Assembly (NCBI GenBank): GCA_024274785.1
Contig: JAJSAM010000036.1
Coordinates: forward strand, 14,748-78,747
Length of the DNA stretch: 64,000 nucleotides
DNA from: Planctomycetota bacterium
GTDB lineage: Bacteria > Planctomycetota > JAJSAM01
Reading direction: 5' to 3'
The translations under genes were made by a program, and so were the position numbers. Within the stretch, counting starts at the first letter, position 1. Each line of letters starts with the position of its first letter. Shown here piece after piece: positions 28,370 to 38,137 of this stretch. Under the pieces are notes generated by a model. The model worked only from the letters and a program-made list of their open reading frames with translations, was not told where the DNA came from and did not search any database.

Positions 28370-29494
28370 TCACTGCGGAGCCCCGGCCTTCTCCCGTCCG
28401 GTGTAGTGGGCGTGCACGAGCGCCACCGAGCGGTAGACCAGATGCGCGATCTTCGACCACGGCGCGTAGCCCAGCAGACAGAAGACGCAGACCAGGTGGA
28501 TGAAGTAGACGCCGAAAGCCACCGTCTGGATGTCCAGCATGCGGAACGCTTCGACCATGACGCCGGTGACGCCCGTCAGGAGCAGCGAATACATGAAGAA
28601 CCAGTCGTACCAGGTGCCCTTCGTCTGACGCTCGGGGCGGGTCAGGCGATACTTCACCAGGAGGATCGTGCCGATCACCAGGCCGAGAGCGCCGAGGTTC
28701 AGCATCAGCTTCAGCGGGTGGAAGAAGGGCAGCGGCAGGTCGAGCATCCCGAACATGAACCCGATGCCCACGATCGAACCGCCGATGAAGATCAGCGAGA
28801 AACCGTAGAACATCAACATGTGGCCGAGCGCCCGCGACTCGCCGGCTTCACACTGCCTGAACTTCGCGTGCGAGACAATGTCGCTTGCGGCCGCTGCTAC
28901 CGCGCTGATGAAGTTCGCGCCCGCCGGGGCGGGATGCGCCTTCATCAGTGACTTCCAGTAGTTGAATGCACCGATCGCAAAGATCAGGCTGCCGACCATG
29001 GTCATGACGCCGAGCAGCGGTTCCAGAATGCCCGGCGGAAAGATCCCATCGAAGTAGCTGGTCTCGCCGTGCCTGTCCCCGAAGAGCAGGAAGATCAGCG
29101 TCCAGAGCACCACCGGCACCGCGATCAACACCGGCAGGTACTTCGGACTCTCGAGGAGCTTCTGCACGCCCCCCATCGGAGTGTACTCCCGGATCGCCTC
29201 TTTGCGGACGGCGGCGAGCACGTCACCCGGACGGGCGCCGCGCGGACACAGGATCGAGCAGTCGGTACAACCGAAGCAGAGCCAGATGTCCGGGTCGTTG
29301 ATCAACTCCTCTTTCTGTCCCCACTGGGCCAGGATCATCTCCTTGCGGGGGAAAGGACGGTCCTTCGGGGAGAGTTCGCAAGCCACGGAGCAGTTCGCGC
29401 ACTGCATGCACTGCTTCACCGTATCCCCGCCGGACTGAACGATGCGCCGAACGAAGTCGAGGTCGGATCGGATCACCTTCCGGTCTTCCGCCAT
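28370..29494 (-). CDS. qmoC: QmoC, membrane heme b / Fe-S subunit
   Basis: CMQCANCSVAC, IWLCFGCTDCSILCPRGA, GHMLMFYGF, PWSKIAHLVYR. Confidence 0.95.
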   Translation of the reverse strand: MAEDRKVIRSDLDFVRRIVQSGGDTVKQCMQCANCSVACELSPKDRPFPRKEMILAQWGQKEELINDPDIWLCFGCTDCSILCPRGARPGDVLAAVRKEAIREYTPMGGVQKLLESPKYLPVLIAVPVVLWTLIFLLFGDRHGETSYFDGIFPPGILEPLLGVMTMVGSLIFAIGAFNYWKSLMKAHPAPAGANFISAVAAAASDIVSHAKFRQCEAGESRALGHMLMFYGFSLIFIGGSIVGIGFMFGMLDLPLPFFHPLKLMLNLGALGLVIGTILLVKYRLTRPERQTKGTWYDWFFMYSLLLTGVTGVMVEAFRMLDIQTVAFGVYFIHLVCVFCLLGYAPWSKIAHLVYRSVALVHAHYTGREKAGAPQ

Positions 29495-29535
29495 GGTCGT
29501 CTCCTGAGCCTGCAATTCTCACCGGGGAGCGCAGG

Positions 29536-31773
29536 CTAAAAGCCCTTGAAGGGGTTCATGCCGATCTCTTCGATCTCCCCGGCGAACTCGTTGATGATCT
29601 CCGGAAGCCGGTCGAATTCGTCGATGGAGAGCTCTTCGATGCGCACGCGCTCCGTTTCGAGTGCAAGCTGCGTCAGCTTCTCCTTGATGTTGCTGCTGCG
29701 CGTGCCCATCAACTCGCTGCCCTTGATGTAGTGGCACTGATAGTCGTCGCCGGACTTGCAGCCGATGAGGAGGATGCCGTCGAAACCGGACGACAGCGCG
29801 TCGGCGATCCAGACGACGTTCACCGATCCGAGACAGCGCACCGGGATCACCCGGATCCACGGCGACATCCGCGTCTTGAGGGCTGCGGCCCGATCAAAGG
29901 CGGGATACGCGTCGTTTTCGCAGAAGAACGCGAGCAGCCGCGGCTTCTCATCGAACTCGTCGGGGATATCGATCGCCTTCAGCATCGAAGAGACGATGTC
30001 AATCGAGTAGTCCTTGAAACTGACGATCCGCTCCGGGCAGGCGCCGAGACAGATACCGCAACGGCGGCAGCGGGTGGGCATCAGTTCCGGCGTGCCCCTG
30101 GCGTCCTCGTTCAACGTTCCAAAGGGGCACTCCTCCGTGCACCGCTTGCACTGGGTGCAACGCTGCAGGAAGAAGTCCGGGAAGGACTGATCGCCCCACC
30201 GCGGGTGGACCGAGTAGCCCTCCTTCAACAGGTTCGTGGCCTGGATGGTCTTCAGCACCGCGCCCTGCGCGTCTTCCTCGGCGGTGAGGGTGTCGCTCGG
30301 AGCCCGCATGCAGCCGGCGGCGTAGATACCGGTGCGCCTCGTCTCGAACGGGAAGCAGATGAAATGGGAGTCCGGGAAGCCGTACTTCAGCGCCGGAAGG
30401 TCCGGTCCCTGGCGATAGTTCAGGTTCAGGATCTCGGTGCCTTCATGATGGCCGAACTCTTCGACGGTCTGGTTGGCCATCTCGACCTGCACCGGAGAAT
30501 CGTTCTTCGCGATGATCGCCCTGGCTTCGCCTACTTTCCGGATGGCTTCGCCGTCGGCGGCGTCCGGGACCATGCCGGTGGCGAGCACCACCAGGTCCGC
30601 GGGCACTTCGATCTTCTCGCCGAGAAGAGTGTTCTCGGCCAGGACCTTGAGACCACCGTTCACCGTAACGCCGGTGACATCACCCTTGTTGAAGAAGACG
30701 CCCTCGTCCTCCTGAACGCGCTTATAGAACTCCTCCCACTGGGCGGGAGCGCGCATGTCCTTGTAGAGGATGATCGCCTTCGCGTCCGGGTCCATTTCCC
30801 GAACGTAGAGCGCCTGCTTGAGGGAAACCCGACAGCAGACCGCGGAGCAATACGGCAGGTGCTCCTGGTCACGAGAGCCGGCGCACTGGATGAAAACGAC
30901 CTCTCGTGGCGGCTTGCCGTCGGAGGGCCTGAGGATGGCCTCGTTCTTCGCCATCTCCTCGAACTCAACGTTGGTGATGACGTCCGGGGAGAGGCCGTAG
31001 CCCAGGTGCTCGAGCTTCGTGGCATCATAGGGCTTCCAGCCGGTGGCCTGCACGACCGCGCCCACGCGGAATGCCACTTCGCCCGAGGGGGTTTCGAGCT
31101 TCACGTCGAACTGTCCGGGCTGGCCGTCGATCGAGGTGATCTTCGTTCCGGTGTGGACCGTGATCAGATCGGATGACCTCACCGTCTCGATGAGCCTGAT
31201 GATCACCGGCTCCTCGAGTTCCCGGTACGGGGGCTTCGTCGGGAACTGCTTGTGGTTCTTGAGCAACCGGCCGCCGATCTCGTCGGCCTTCTCCACCAGG
31301 ATGACCTCGCGACCCGCCGCCGCCGCTTCCGCCGCCGCGGTCAGGCCGGTGCAGCCGCCGCCCACCACCAGGATACCGTCGGCGATCTCCTCGTCGAACG
31401 GCTGGGGTACGTCGTACTTCTGCGCCTGGACCATGCCCATGCGCATGTAGTCGTTGGCCAGCATCTGCGTGTCTTCCTCGCCGGCGGGCTGGCACCAGGC
31501 CACGCCTTCGCGGAGGCTGACCCGGGACACGAACCGGTCGGGAATGGTGAAGACGTCGCATTTCTCGCGGTGGCTGCACGCGCAGAGGACGGCCTTGCCG
31601 CCGCCGGCGAGTGCCGCCGCGAGAAGAGCCACACCCTCTTCGCCGCAAAGGGCGGGGTGGATCCTCGGCTTTACCTGGTACTCCGATTGGACCAGCTCAC
31701 CGAGCGCATCAACGTCGATGGCGTCGCCGATGCCGCAACCCGAGCAGATGAAAACGTGGATGTCGTCGCTCAT
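29536..31773 (-). CDS. qmoB: QmoB (HdrA-like FAD/Fe-S protein with C-terminal MvhD/FlpD domain)
   Basis: VFICSGCGIG, CAGSRD..HLPYCSAVCC, CTQCKRCTEECP, FFCENDAYPA, RCLGS, CHYIKGS; start at 31773 after SD. Confidence 0.95.
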   Translation of the reverse strand: MSDDIHVFICSGCGIGDAIDVDALGELVQSEYQVKPRIHPALCGEEGVALLAAALAGGGKAVLCACSHREKCDVFTIPDRFVSRVSLREGVAWCQPAGEEDTQMLANDYMRMGMVQAQKYDVPQPFDEEIADGILVVGGGCTGLTAAAEAAAAGREVILVEKADEIGGRLLKNHKQFPTKPPYRELEEPVIIRLIETVRSSDLITVHTGTKITSIDGQPGQFDVKLETPSGEVAFRVGAVVQATGWKPYDATKLEHLGYGLSPDVITNVEFEEMAKNEAILRPSDGKPPREVVFIQCAGSRDQEHLPYCSAVCCRVSLKQALYVREMDPDAKAIILYKDMRAPAQWEEFYKRVQEDEGVFFNKGDVTGVTVNGGLKVLAENTLLGEKIEVPADLVVLATGMVPDAADGEAIRKVGEARAIIAKNDSPVQVEMANQTVEEFGHHEGTEILNLNYRQGPDLPALKYGFPDSHFICFPFETRRTGIYAAGCMRAPSDTLTAEEDAQGAVLKTIQATNLLKEGYSVHPRWGDQSFPDFFLQRCTQCKRCTEECPFGTLNEDARGTPELMPTRCRRCGICLGACPERIVSFKDYSIDIVSSMLKAIDIPDEFDEKPRLLAFFCENDAYPAFDRAAALKTRMSPWIRVIPVRCLGSVNVVWIADALSSGFDGILLIGCKSGDDYQCHYIKGSELMGTRSSNIKEKLTQLALETERVRIEELSIDEFDRLPEIINEFAGEIEEIGMNPFKGF

Positions 31774-31777
31774 GGGA

Positions 31778-33055
31778 TCAACCTCGCCTCGCAATCTGGT
31801 GGGCCTTGAGGACGGCACCGGTGGCGTCCTTCACGCAAGCGGAGACTTCCGCGGGGCGCTTGGCGCACCCGGTCGCGAAAACTCCGGGAGCTGCGGAAGA
31901 AGAGTTGCCGACCATGAAGCCCTGCTCGTCGGTCAGCCACCCAGATGGGAACCCCGCGTCCTTCGCCTCGGGGTCGAGGCCCACCGCCAGCACCGCCAGG
32001 TCGGCGGTGAACTCGACTTTCTGACCGGAGAGCGTGTCCTCGGCGTGGAGGATCACCGCGCCATCGGCCCCCTCGGTGATCTTCGCCACGCGCCCCTTCA
32101 CGAACGTCGCGCGCTCGTTGTTCTCGAGTTCCTGGAGGAAGTCCTCCAGCCGGCCCGGGGCGCGGCGATCGATGTAGAAATGCCGGACCGTCGCATCCTC
32201 GCTGGCCTGCAGCACGTAGTTCGCCTGTTTGAAGCTCGCCAGACAACAGACCGCGGAGCAGTGCGCGAGGTGCAATTCGTCCCGGGAACCGGCGCAGTGC
32301 ACAAAGGCCACCACCTTCGGCGCCTGGTGGTCGCTCGGGCGCAGGATCTTGCCCCCGGTGGGACCATCGACCGCCGCCAGGCGCTCCATCTCCACGTTCG
32401 TAATGACGTTCTTGAACTTCCCGTAGCCCAGTTCTTCGAGCTTGTTCGCGTCGTAGGGCTTCCACCCGGTGGCGACGATCAGGGAGGAGACGGTGATGGT
32501 CTCCGTTTCGACCTTCCCGCCGAAGTCGATCGCGTCGACCTTGCAGACGTCACGGCACTTTCCGCAGGAGTCACGGTCACAGTGATCGAAGTCGATCGCG
32601 TGGCGGGCCGGGAACGCCGCGCCGTAGGGCAGGTAGATGGCCTTCGTCTCATCCATACCGTAGTTGAAGTCGTTCGGCCGCTCCTTCGGGCACGCCTCGA
32701 CACACTCGCCGCAGTTGGTGCAGTTGGCGTTCACTCCGCGGGGTGTCTTCTCGAGCTCGACCTCGAACTTGCCGGGACCGCCCGCAACACCCACCACCTC
32801 GGTCTGGGTGAGGAGATGGACCCTGGGGGTGGTCCGAAGTCTCTTGAGATGGATCTCCACGCCACAGGTCGGCGGGCAGAGCTTCGGGAAGTACTTGTTC
32901 AGTTGCACGACTCGCCCGCCGAGATAGGCGTTTCGCTCCACGAGGTACACCTCGTGGCCCGCCTCCGACGCCTCGACCGCGGCGGAAAGACCGGAGATCC
33001 CTCCGCCGATGACGAGAATGGGCGCGCCGACGTTGTCCGTCGTCGTAGCTGTCAC
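31778..33055 (-). CDS. qmoA: QmoA (HdrA-like)
   Basis: ILVIGGGISG, KYFPKLCPPTCG, CAGSRDE..CSAVCCLAS. Confidence 0.95.
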   Translation of the reverse strand: MTATTTDNVGAPILVIGGGISGLSAAVEASEAGHEVYLVERNAYLGGRVVQLNKYFPKLCPPTCGVEIHLKRLRTTPRVHLLTQTEVVGVAGGPGKFEVELEKTPRGVNANCTNCGECVEACPKERPNDFNYGMDETKAIYLPYGAAFPARHAIDFDHCDRDSCGKCRDVCKVDAIDFGGKVETETITVSSLIVATGWKPYDANKLEELGYGKFKNVITNVEMERLAAVDGPTGGKILRPSDHQAPKVVAFVHCAGSRDELHLAHCSAVCCLASFKQANYVLQASEDATVRHFYIDRRAPGRLEDFLQELENNERATFVKGRVAKITEGADGAVILHAEDTLSGQKVEFTADLAVLAVGLDPEAKDAGFPSGWLTDEQGFMVGNSSSAAPGVFATGCAKRPAEVSACVKDATGAVLKAHQIARRG

Positions 33056-33903
33056 TGTGCAGGCTCCTGGACCGCGTCGTTGTTGATGGCCTCAGCCTTG
33101 ATGGTCTCTGCCTTCAACTCCATGGTCGGCTTCCCGAACAGGCTGAACCGGAGGAACCGGAAGCCGAACTCCATGAGTGCTTCGTCGTCAGACTGGAGCC
33201 GCTCCTGCTCATCCCCGGACACCTCGAATCGTTCGAGAAAAGTGCTCGAGAAGATGAAGCGGCGGAAGGTGTCGAGCTCGTAGGTCCCCATGTAGAACAT
33301 CTGCATCTGCTGGGGAGTGAGCTCCTTTTCGGTCGTGAGGTAGTCGTCGACCGCGAGTTGACGGTACTTCTCGCCCCACTCGTCGTACTCCTCGATGCCC
33401 TGCCCCGAGATCCACTCCCCCACCTTCCGGCTGGTGGATTCGGCGAAGCCCCGGCAACCATCCTCTTCCATCAGGAACCAGAACTCCTCCTCACGACCTT
33501 CCGCTTCCCCGGCCTTGGCGTAACCGAGGGGATACATGCGGCAGGCCCAGGGACGATCTTCGTAGACCTGGCAACCGCCCTTCTCGAGATCCAGGAACGG
33601 GCAGGATTTCTGCTCGTTGTCCCCCATGCGGATCAAGGGAGCCGGCAGCCTCTGCTCCTTCGCGAACGGCAGGACCGTCAGTTGATCGAGGAACTCCTCG
33701 GAAGTGAGGCCCAGGCGATTCTTCAGGCGGAGGACGTCATAGGGGGTGAGGACGATGTTCACATCGCCACAGCAGTCTCCGAAACAGGAGACGCCGGGAT
33801 GGCAGCCAAATGCGAAGCTATCCTCCCGTGTGAGCCGAGGGGCCTCGTCGAGGACCTTCTTTTCGAACTCGGACCTCGCCTTGACGGCTTCTTCGTCGGA
33901 CAT
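33052..33903 (-). CDS. YkgJ-family cysteine-cluster protein
   Basis: FGCHPGVSCFGDCC..LTPYD; CPFL..GCQVYEDRPWACRMYP; SD GGAGG before ATG 33903. Confidence 0.85.
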   Translation of the reverse strand: MSDEEAVKARSEFEKKVLDEAPRLTREDSFAFGCHPGVSCFGDCCGDVNIVLTPYDVLRLKNRLGLTSEEFLDQLTVLPFAKEQRLPAPLIRMGDNEQKSCPFLDLEKGGCQVYEDRPWACRMYPLGYAKAGEAEGREEEFWFLMEEDGCRGFAESTSRKVGEWISGQGIEEYDEWGEKYRQLAVDDYLTTEKELTPQQMQMFYMGTYELDTFRRFIFSSTFLERFEVSGDEQERLQSDDEALMEFGFRFLRFSLFGKPTMELKAETIKAEAINNDAVQEPAQ

Positions 33904-34088
33904 CGGATCAGACCTCCTGGCCGGATCGAGGCCGGCCGGTGAGCCGGGGGACAGGAGGGATTCCGCCCATCGAGTGGACATCGGCAGGGCACGACGGAGT
34001 CCGCGAACGGCGGCCCTGTCATGCGACCACCCGACAAGTCGGGCCGTGTCCCCCCCACCGTGCTCCCGCAAAGGACCCTGGTGGAAAG

Positions 34089-34117
34089 CGACCCTCCGGC
34101 GAAACGCCGGAGGGTCG
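34089..34117 (-). terminator. 13-bp stem-loop just after aprA
   Basis: CGACCCTCCGGCG-AAA-CGCCGGAGGGTCG, followed by CTTTCC on the minus strand. Confidence 0.7.
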
Positions 34118-34128
34118 ATGATGATCGG

Positions 34129-36015
34129 CTACTCGAAGATGCGGTGGATCGGCTTCTTCGACATCTCCCACTCACCCGTTCCCGGGTTCCAGCGAGAGTT
34201 CACGAATACCTTCCACTCTTCCTCGTTCATCGTGGGGCAGTCCGAACGGAAGTAGTATCCGGGCCAGCGCGTCTCCTCGCGGTAGAGCATGGTCCGGACG
34301 TGTACCTCGGCCTGCCAGGTACGGTGCACGTTCTCCCAGCAGCGCAGGAGTTCGTGCAGGTCTTCCGCTCCGAGGTGCTCGAGGTCTTCCCTGAGCATCG
34401 CCAGAAGCTCAAGGGCCTTCTCGAGGTTCTCTTTGCTGGTGGTGAAGTTGGTCGAAACGCCACCCGCGTACTCGTCCATGATCTTCTGCAGACGGAACAT
34501 GGCCATCTTCGGACGCAGGTAGTTCGGGTTGATGTCGGGGTCGGTGGAGGCGTTCTTGTGCTGCTCGAAGAGGTCGAGCGGAGCAAGAATCTTCTCTTCC
34601 ATGGCCTTGACGGCGGCCATGTCGACCTGCGGCTCCTCGGGGTGCTCGATGACGTACTTGAGAGCAGCCTGCGCCGCGATCCGGCCCTCGGTGAAGGAAC
34701 CGGAGGAGAACTTGTGACTCGAAGCGCCGGATGCGTCGCCGACGCAGAAGATACCGGGCACGGTCGCCATGTTGGCGTAGCCCCAGAAGTAGTCGTTCTT
34801 CGACGCGTCGTTCTGGAGGTCGGCCGGACCGGAGACCCAGGCGCCGGAAGCACCGGAGTGCGAGCCGATGAAGTAGGGCTCACAGGCGGCGATCTCGGAG
34901 GGCTTCTCTTCGGGGGCCGTGTTGGTGGACGCCCACAGGAGAGCCTGCGAGATGGTCATGTCGAGGAAGTCTTCCCAGGCCTCTGCCTCGAGTTCCTTGA
35001 GCTTCTTCTTCCGCTCCTTCGGATCCTCGGTGGCCTCGGAGATGTTCTTGATGGCTTCGGCCGTCTGCATGTAGATCGGGCCCTTGCCGTCCATCACATC
35101 GAGCATCATGAGCCAGTTACGCAGGTTGGCCGGAACCGGCTTGACCTTGCCGTACTCGCCCCACTTCTGCAGCTCTTCGGCGTTGGTCTGCATGTAGTTC
35201 TCGCCGAGAGCGTTGGTCGCACGCGACTTGAACAACAGGAACCAGGCGCCGACCGGGCCGTAGGCGTCCTTGAAGCGGACCGGAATGAACCGGACCTCCT
35301 GGCAGGTCATCTCACAGCCGGCACGCAGTGAGAAGTAGGTGCTGGCGCCGGAGTTGAATGGCGGGTACCAGGAGCGGCCGAGGCCTTCACCGACGGAGCG
35401 GGGCTTGAACACGTGCACCGCGCCGCCCATCGCAACCATGACCGCCTTCGCCCTGAAGACGTAGAACTTGTTTTCACGGATCGAGAAGCCCACGGCGCCG
35501 GCGATCTTGTCGCCGTCCATGATCGGCTCGGTGATGAAAACACGCTCGTAGATGTTGTCGATCCCGAGGGCGTTCTTGGCGGTCTCGGCGACGAGTACCT
35601 TGTAGGACTCACCGTTGATCATGAGCTGCCAACGACCCTCGTGAACGTATCCACCTTCCCCGTCCTGCCAGATGGGAAGGCCCCACTTCTCGAACAGGTG
35701 GACGGTCCCGTCGACGTGGCGCGCAATGCTGGCGACCAGGTCCTCGCGGGTGATGCCCATGAGGTCGTTGCGGACGTACGCAACGTAGTCCTGCATGGTG
35801 TTCTGGCCGTCCTTCAGGCCGACGTACTGGTTGATGGCGGAGAGGCCCATCGCCACCGCGCCGGACCGGTCCATTGCAGCCTTGTCGACCACGGTGACTT
35901 TCAGGCCGTGCTTCCTGGCCCAGTGGGCGGCCTCGACGGCTGCGCCACAGGCGGCCATGCCGCCACCGCAGATCAGGAGGTCGGTCTGGACCTCAACGGT
36001 TTCAAAATTCGGCAT
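34129..36015 (-). CDS. aprA: Adenylylsulfate reductase alpha subunit
   Basis: DRSGAVAMGLSAIN, WQLMINGESYK, RFKDAYGPVGAWFL, HKFSSGSFTEGR, ETRWPGYY. Confidence 0.98.
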   Translation of the reverse strand: MPNFETVEVQTDLLICGGGMAACGAAVEAAHWARKHGLKVTVVDKAAMDRSGAVAMGLSAINQYVGLKDGQNTMQDYVAYVRNDLMGITREDLVASIARHVDGTVHLFEKWGLPIWQDGEGGYVHEGRWQLMINGESYKVLVAETAKNALGIDNIYERVFITEPIMDGDKIAGAVGFSIRENKFYVFRAKAVMVAMGGAVHVFKPRSVGEGLGRSWYPPFNSGASTYFSLRAGCEMTCQEVRFIPVRFKDAYGPVGAWFLLFKSRATNALGENYMQTNAEELQKWGEYGKVKPVPANLRNWLMMLDVMDGKGPIYMQTAEAIKNISEATEDPKERKKKLKELEAEAWEDFLDMTISQALLWASTNTAPEEKPSEIAACEPYFIGSHSGASGAWVSGPADLQNDASKNDYFWGYANMATVPGIFCVGDASGASSHKFSSGSFTEGRIAAQAALKYVIEHPEEPQVDMAAVKAMEEKILAPLDLFEQHKNASTDPDINPNYLRPKMAMFRLQKIMDEYAGGVSTNFTTSKENLEKALELLAMLREDLEHLGAEDLHELLRCWENVHRTWQAEVHVRTMLYREETRWPGYYFRSDCPTMNEEEWKVFVNSRWNPGTGEWEMSKKPIHRIFE

Positions 36016-36027
36016 CGCTGGCTCCTT

Positions 36028-36465
36028 CTAGCCCCCGAGGGTGAACAGGTCCGTGCCAATGCAATCGGGCTCGTTGAACAGGATTTCATCGTTGATGTCG
36101 CCATCGAACGTGTACCCCGCCGCCGGGTCCGCCTGCCCTTCCGGAGTCGTCCGGATCGGGAACTTGAAACGCTTCAGCATGCCATTGCGGAACTTCACGG
36201 TCCACATGATCGAGTCGGTGCTCCGCATCGGAGAGACCGTCGCGCCCATGGGGCAGAAGTCTGCGTAACCGCGAACCTCGATCGCCTGAGTCGGGCAGAT
36301 CTTTACACAGGAGTAGCACTCCCAACACATGTCCGGTTCGAGGTTGAACGCCTTCATCGTCTCTTTGTCGAGAGTCATCAGGTCGTTCGGGCAGATGTAC
36401 TGGCAGGCCGTCTTGTCGAGGGCCTTGCAGCCATCGCACTTCTCAGGATTAACGAAGCTCGGCAT
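36028..36465 (-). CDS. aprB: Adenylylsulfate reductase beta subunit
   Basis: MPSFVNPEKCDGCKALDKTACQYICPNDLM, CWECYSCVKICP, RFKFPIRTTPEG. Confidence 0.98.
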   Translation of the reverse strand: MPSFVNPEKCDGCKALDKTACQYICPNDLMTLDKETMKAFNLEPDMCWECYSCVKICPTQAIEVRGYADFCPMGATVSPMRSTDSIMWTVKFRNGMLKRFKFPIRTTPEGQADPAAGYTFDGDINDEILFNEPDCIGTDLFTLGG

Positions 36466-36555
36466 CCCTCACACTGCTCCTTCTGCGCTCTCCCGGGGGG
36501 CGCAATCCCCATCTTTGCGGTTTCTGGTTATCGCCATACGCCGCGGCGCTTCGGA

Positions 36556-37770
36556 CTAACCTTCGCCCGTGGCGCCGCGGTGCAGCTTGATCTCCACTTT
36601 CTCTTCGAGGTTGCGGTAGTACTCCCGCAGGATCGAAAGGACCTCGGGCTTGCTGAACTCCTTCGGGATCTCCCCACCCTCGGAGAGGGTCTTTCTGAGC
36701 ATCGTGCCGGAGAGCAGCAGGCGGTCTTCCTTGCCGTGCGGGCAGGTCTTCATGGAGGCCATGGACTCGCACTTGTAGCAGTAGAAGGTCCAGTCCATCT
36801 TGAGCGGCTGGAGCTTCAGGGCGCCGTCCGGGATCTTGTTGAAGATCTCGTGGGCGTCGAATGGACCGTAGTAGTCACCGACACCGGCATGGTCGCGACC
36901 CACGATCAGGTGGCTGCAGCCGAAGTTCTGGCGAAACACCGCGTGCAGCAGGGCCTCGCGCGGACCGGCGTAGCGCATCTCCATCGGGTAACCGCCCTGC
37001 ACGACGCGCTCCTCGCGGAAGTAGTTCTTCACGAGAGCGTCGATGCAGTTGACGCGGACCTCGGCCGGAATGTCGCCCGGCTTCAGCGCTCCCACCAGTT
37101 GGTGGATGTAGACGCCGTCACAGACTTCGACCGCCACCCAGGCCAGGTAGGCGTGCGATGCATGCATCGGATTCCTGAGCTGAAGAGCGGCAACCGTCGA
37201 CCAGCCACGCTCCTCGAATATGGCGCGGGCCTCTTCGGGGCGCTGGTAGATCCCGAACTTCTCGGGGTAGTCGCTTTCGGAGATGACCTTGACCGGACCG
37301 CCGAGATTCACATCGCCCTGCTCCATGACTTTCTGGACGCCGGGGTGCTCGGGGTCGGTGGTTGTGAAGACGTGCTCGCACTCGAAGTTCTTGTCGATCG
37401 AGTACTTGTCCTCGACCTTCATCGTCCCCATGATCTCGTCGGTTTCACCATCGACGAGAGCGACCTCGGTCCCGACCGCGATCGAGTCCGCGGTGGCCTG
37501 GTCGGTGGAGAGGGTGATCGGGATCGGCCAGAAGACGCCGTTCGTCAGCACCATCGGCTCACAGGCGCCCTTCCAGTCCGCCTCACCCATGAATCCGGTG
37601 AGCGGCGTGAAGGCGCCGATACCGAGCATGATGAGGTCCGAGGTCTCCCTCGTCGTCATCCTGACCTTCTGCATCGTTCTGGCGCGCTCGAGCTCCGCCG
37701 CCCGCTCCCCTTCCGGGAGCAAAAGGGGCATCAGCCTGTCCGAGCCATGGGGTGGAACCAGCTTTGCCAT
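36556..37770 (-). CDS. sat: Sulfate adenylyltransferase (dissimilatory ATP sulfurylase)
   Basis: KLVPPHG, QLRNPMHxxH, [25 protein letters not shown]. Confidence 0.97.
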   Translation of the reverse strand: MAKLVPPHGSDRLMPLLLPEGERAAELERARTMQKVRMTTRETSDLIMLGIGAFTPLTGFMGEADWKGACEPMVLTNGVFWPIPITLSTDQATADSIAVGTEVALVDGETDEIMGTMKVEDKYSIDKNFECEHVFTTTDPEHPGVQKVMEQGDVNLGGPVKVISESDYPEKFGIYQRPEEARAIFEERGWSTVAALQLRNPMHASHAYLAWVAVEVCDGVYIHQLVGALKPGDIPAEVRVNCIDALVKNYFREERVVQGGYPMEMRYAGPREALLHAVFRQNFGCSHLIVGRDHAGVGDYYGPFDAHEIFNKIPDGALKLQPLKMDWTFYCYKCESMASMKTCPHGKEDRLLLSGTMLRKTLSEGGEIPKEFSKPEVLSILREYYRNLEEKVEIKLHRGATGEG

Positions 37771-37887
37771 CTCTACCTTCCTTGATCAACGTTCGGTGGT
37801 TGCATTCACAATCGGGTCCGGGCCGGACCCGGTATCGGTATCGGTTGTCCGCGCAGGCATACCCTCCGGCGCTGCGCTGTGGGTATC

Positions 37888-37903
37888 GGCAAACGGTGCG
37901 CCA
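37888..37903 (-). promoter_or_regulatory. sigma54 (-24/-12) promoter of the sat-apr-qmo operon
   Basis: Minus strand TGGCGCACCGTTTGCC; 13 of 16 positions identical to the dsrA promoter. Confidence 0.78.
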
Positions 37904-38110
37904 AAGGAGAACCACAATCCGCGGAAGTCGTAACATATTGCAACAAATGGACTTGTGAATTTTACCGTCAGGCAGGCATAACGCCCAAGCCTCCCGTCCC
38001 CATCCATCGGTCCGGGCCCGGGACCACCGGGCGACGAGAGCGAGAACATCCATAACCACCTACCCACACATGCCTTGAGAACATGTCCACTCACCCCCCT
38101 CCGTCCCCTT

Positions 38111-38126
38111 GTTACGGATATGTGAC
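38111..38126. promoter_or_regulatory. Candidate enhancer (UAS) palindrome, sat side
   Basis: TT-GTTAC-GGATAT-GTGAC-AA, 208 bp from the -24 element. Confidence 0.62.
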
Positions 38127-38137
38127 AACGACGCAGA

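Noticed and set aside
28370-36465. Selenocysteine or frameshifts in HdrA-like Qmo or Apr genes
   Set aside because: All frames are continuous with no in-frame TGA.
11136-37785. Long antisense ORFs over dsrK (11136-13046), dsrL, qmoAB (31454-33283), aprA and sat (35413-37785)
   Set aside because: They lie opposite well-conserved genes and have typical shadow-ORF composition.
37953-37970. TTGTGAA upstream of sat as a Rex operator
   Set aside because: Only a half-site; the TTCACAA arm is missing.
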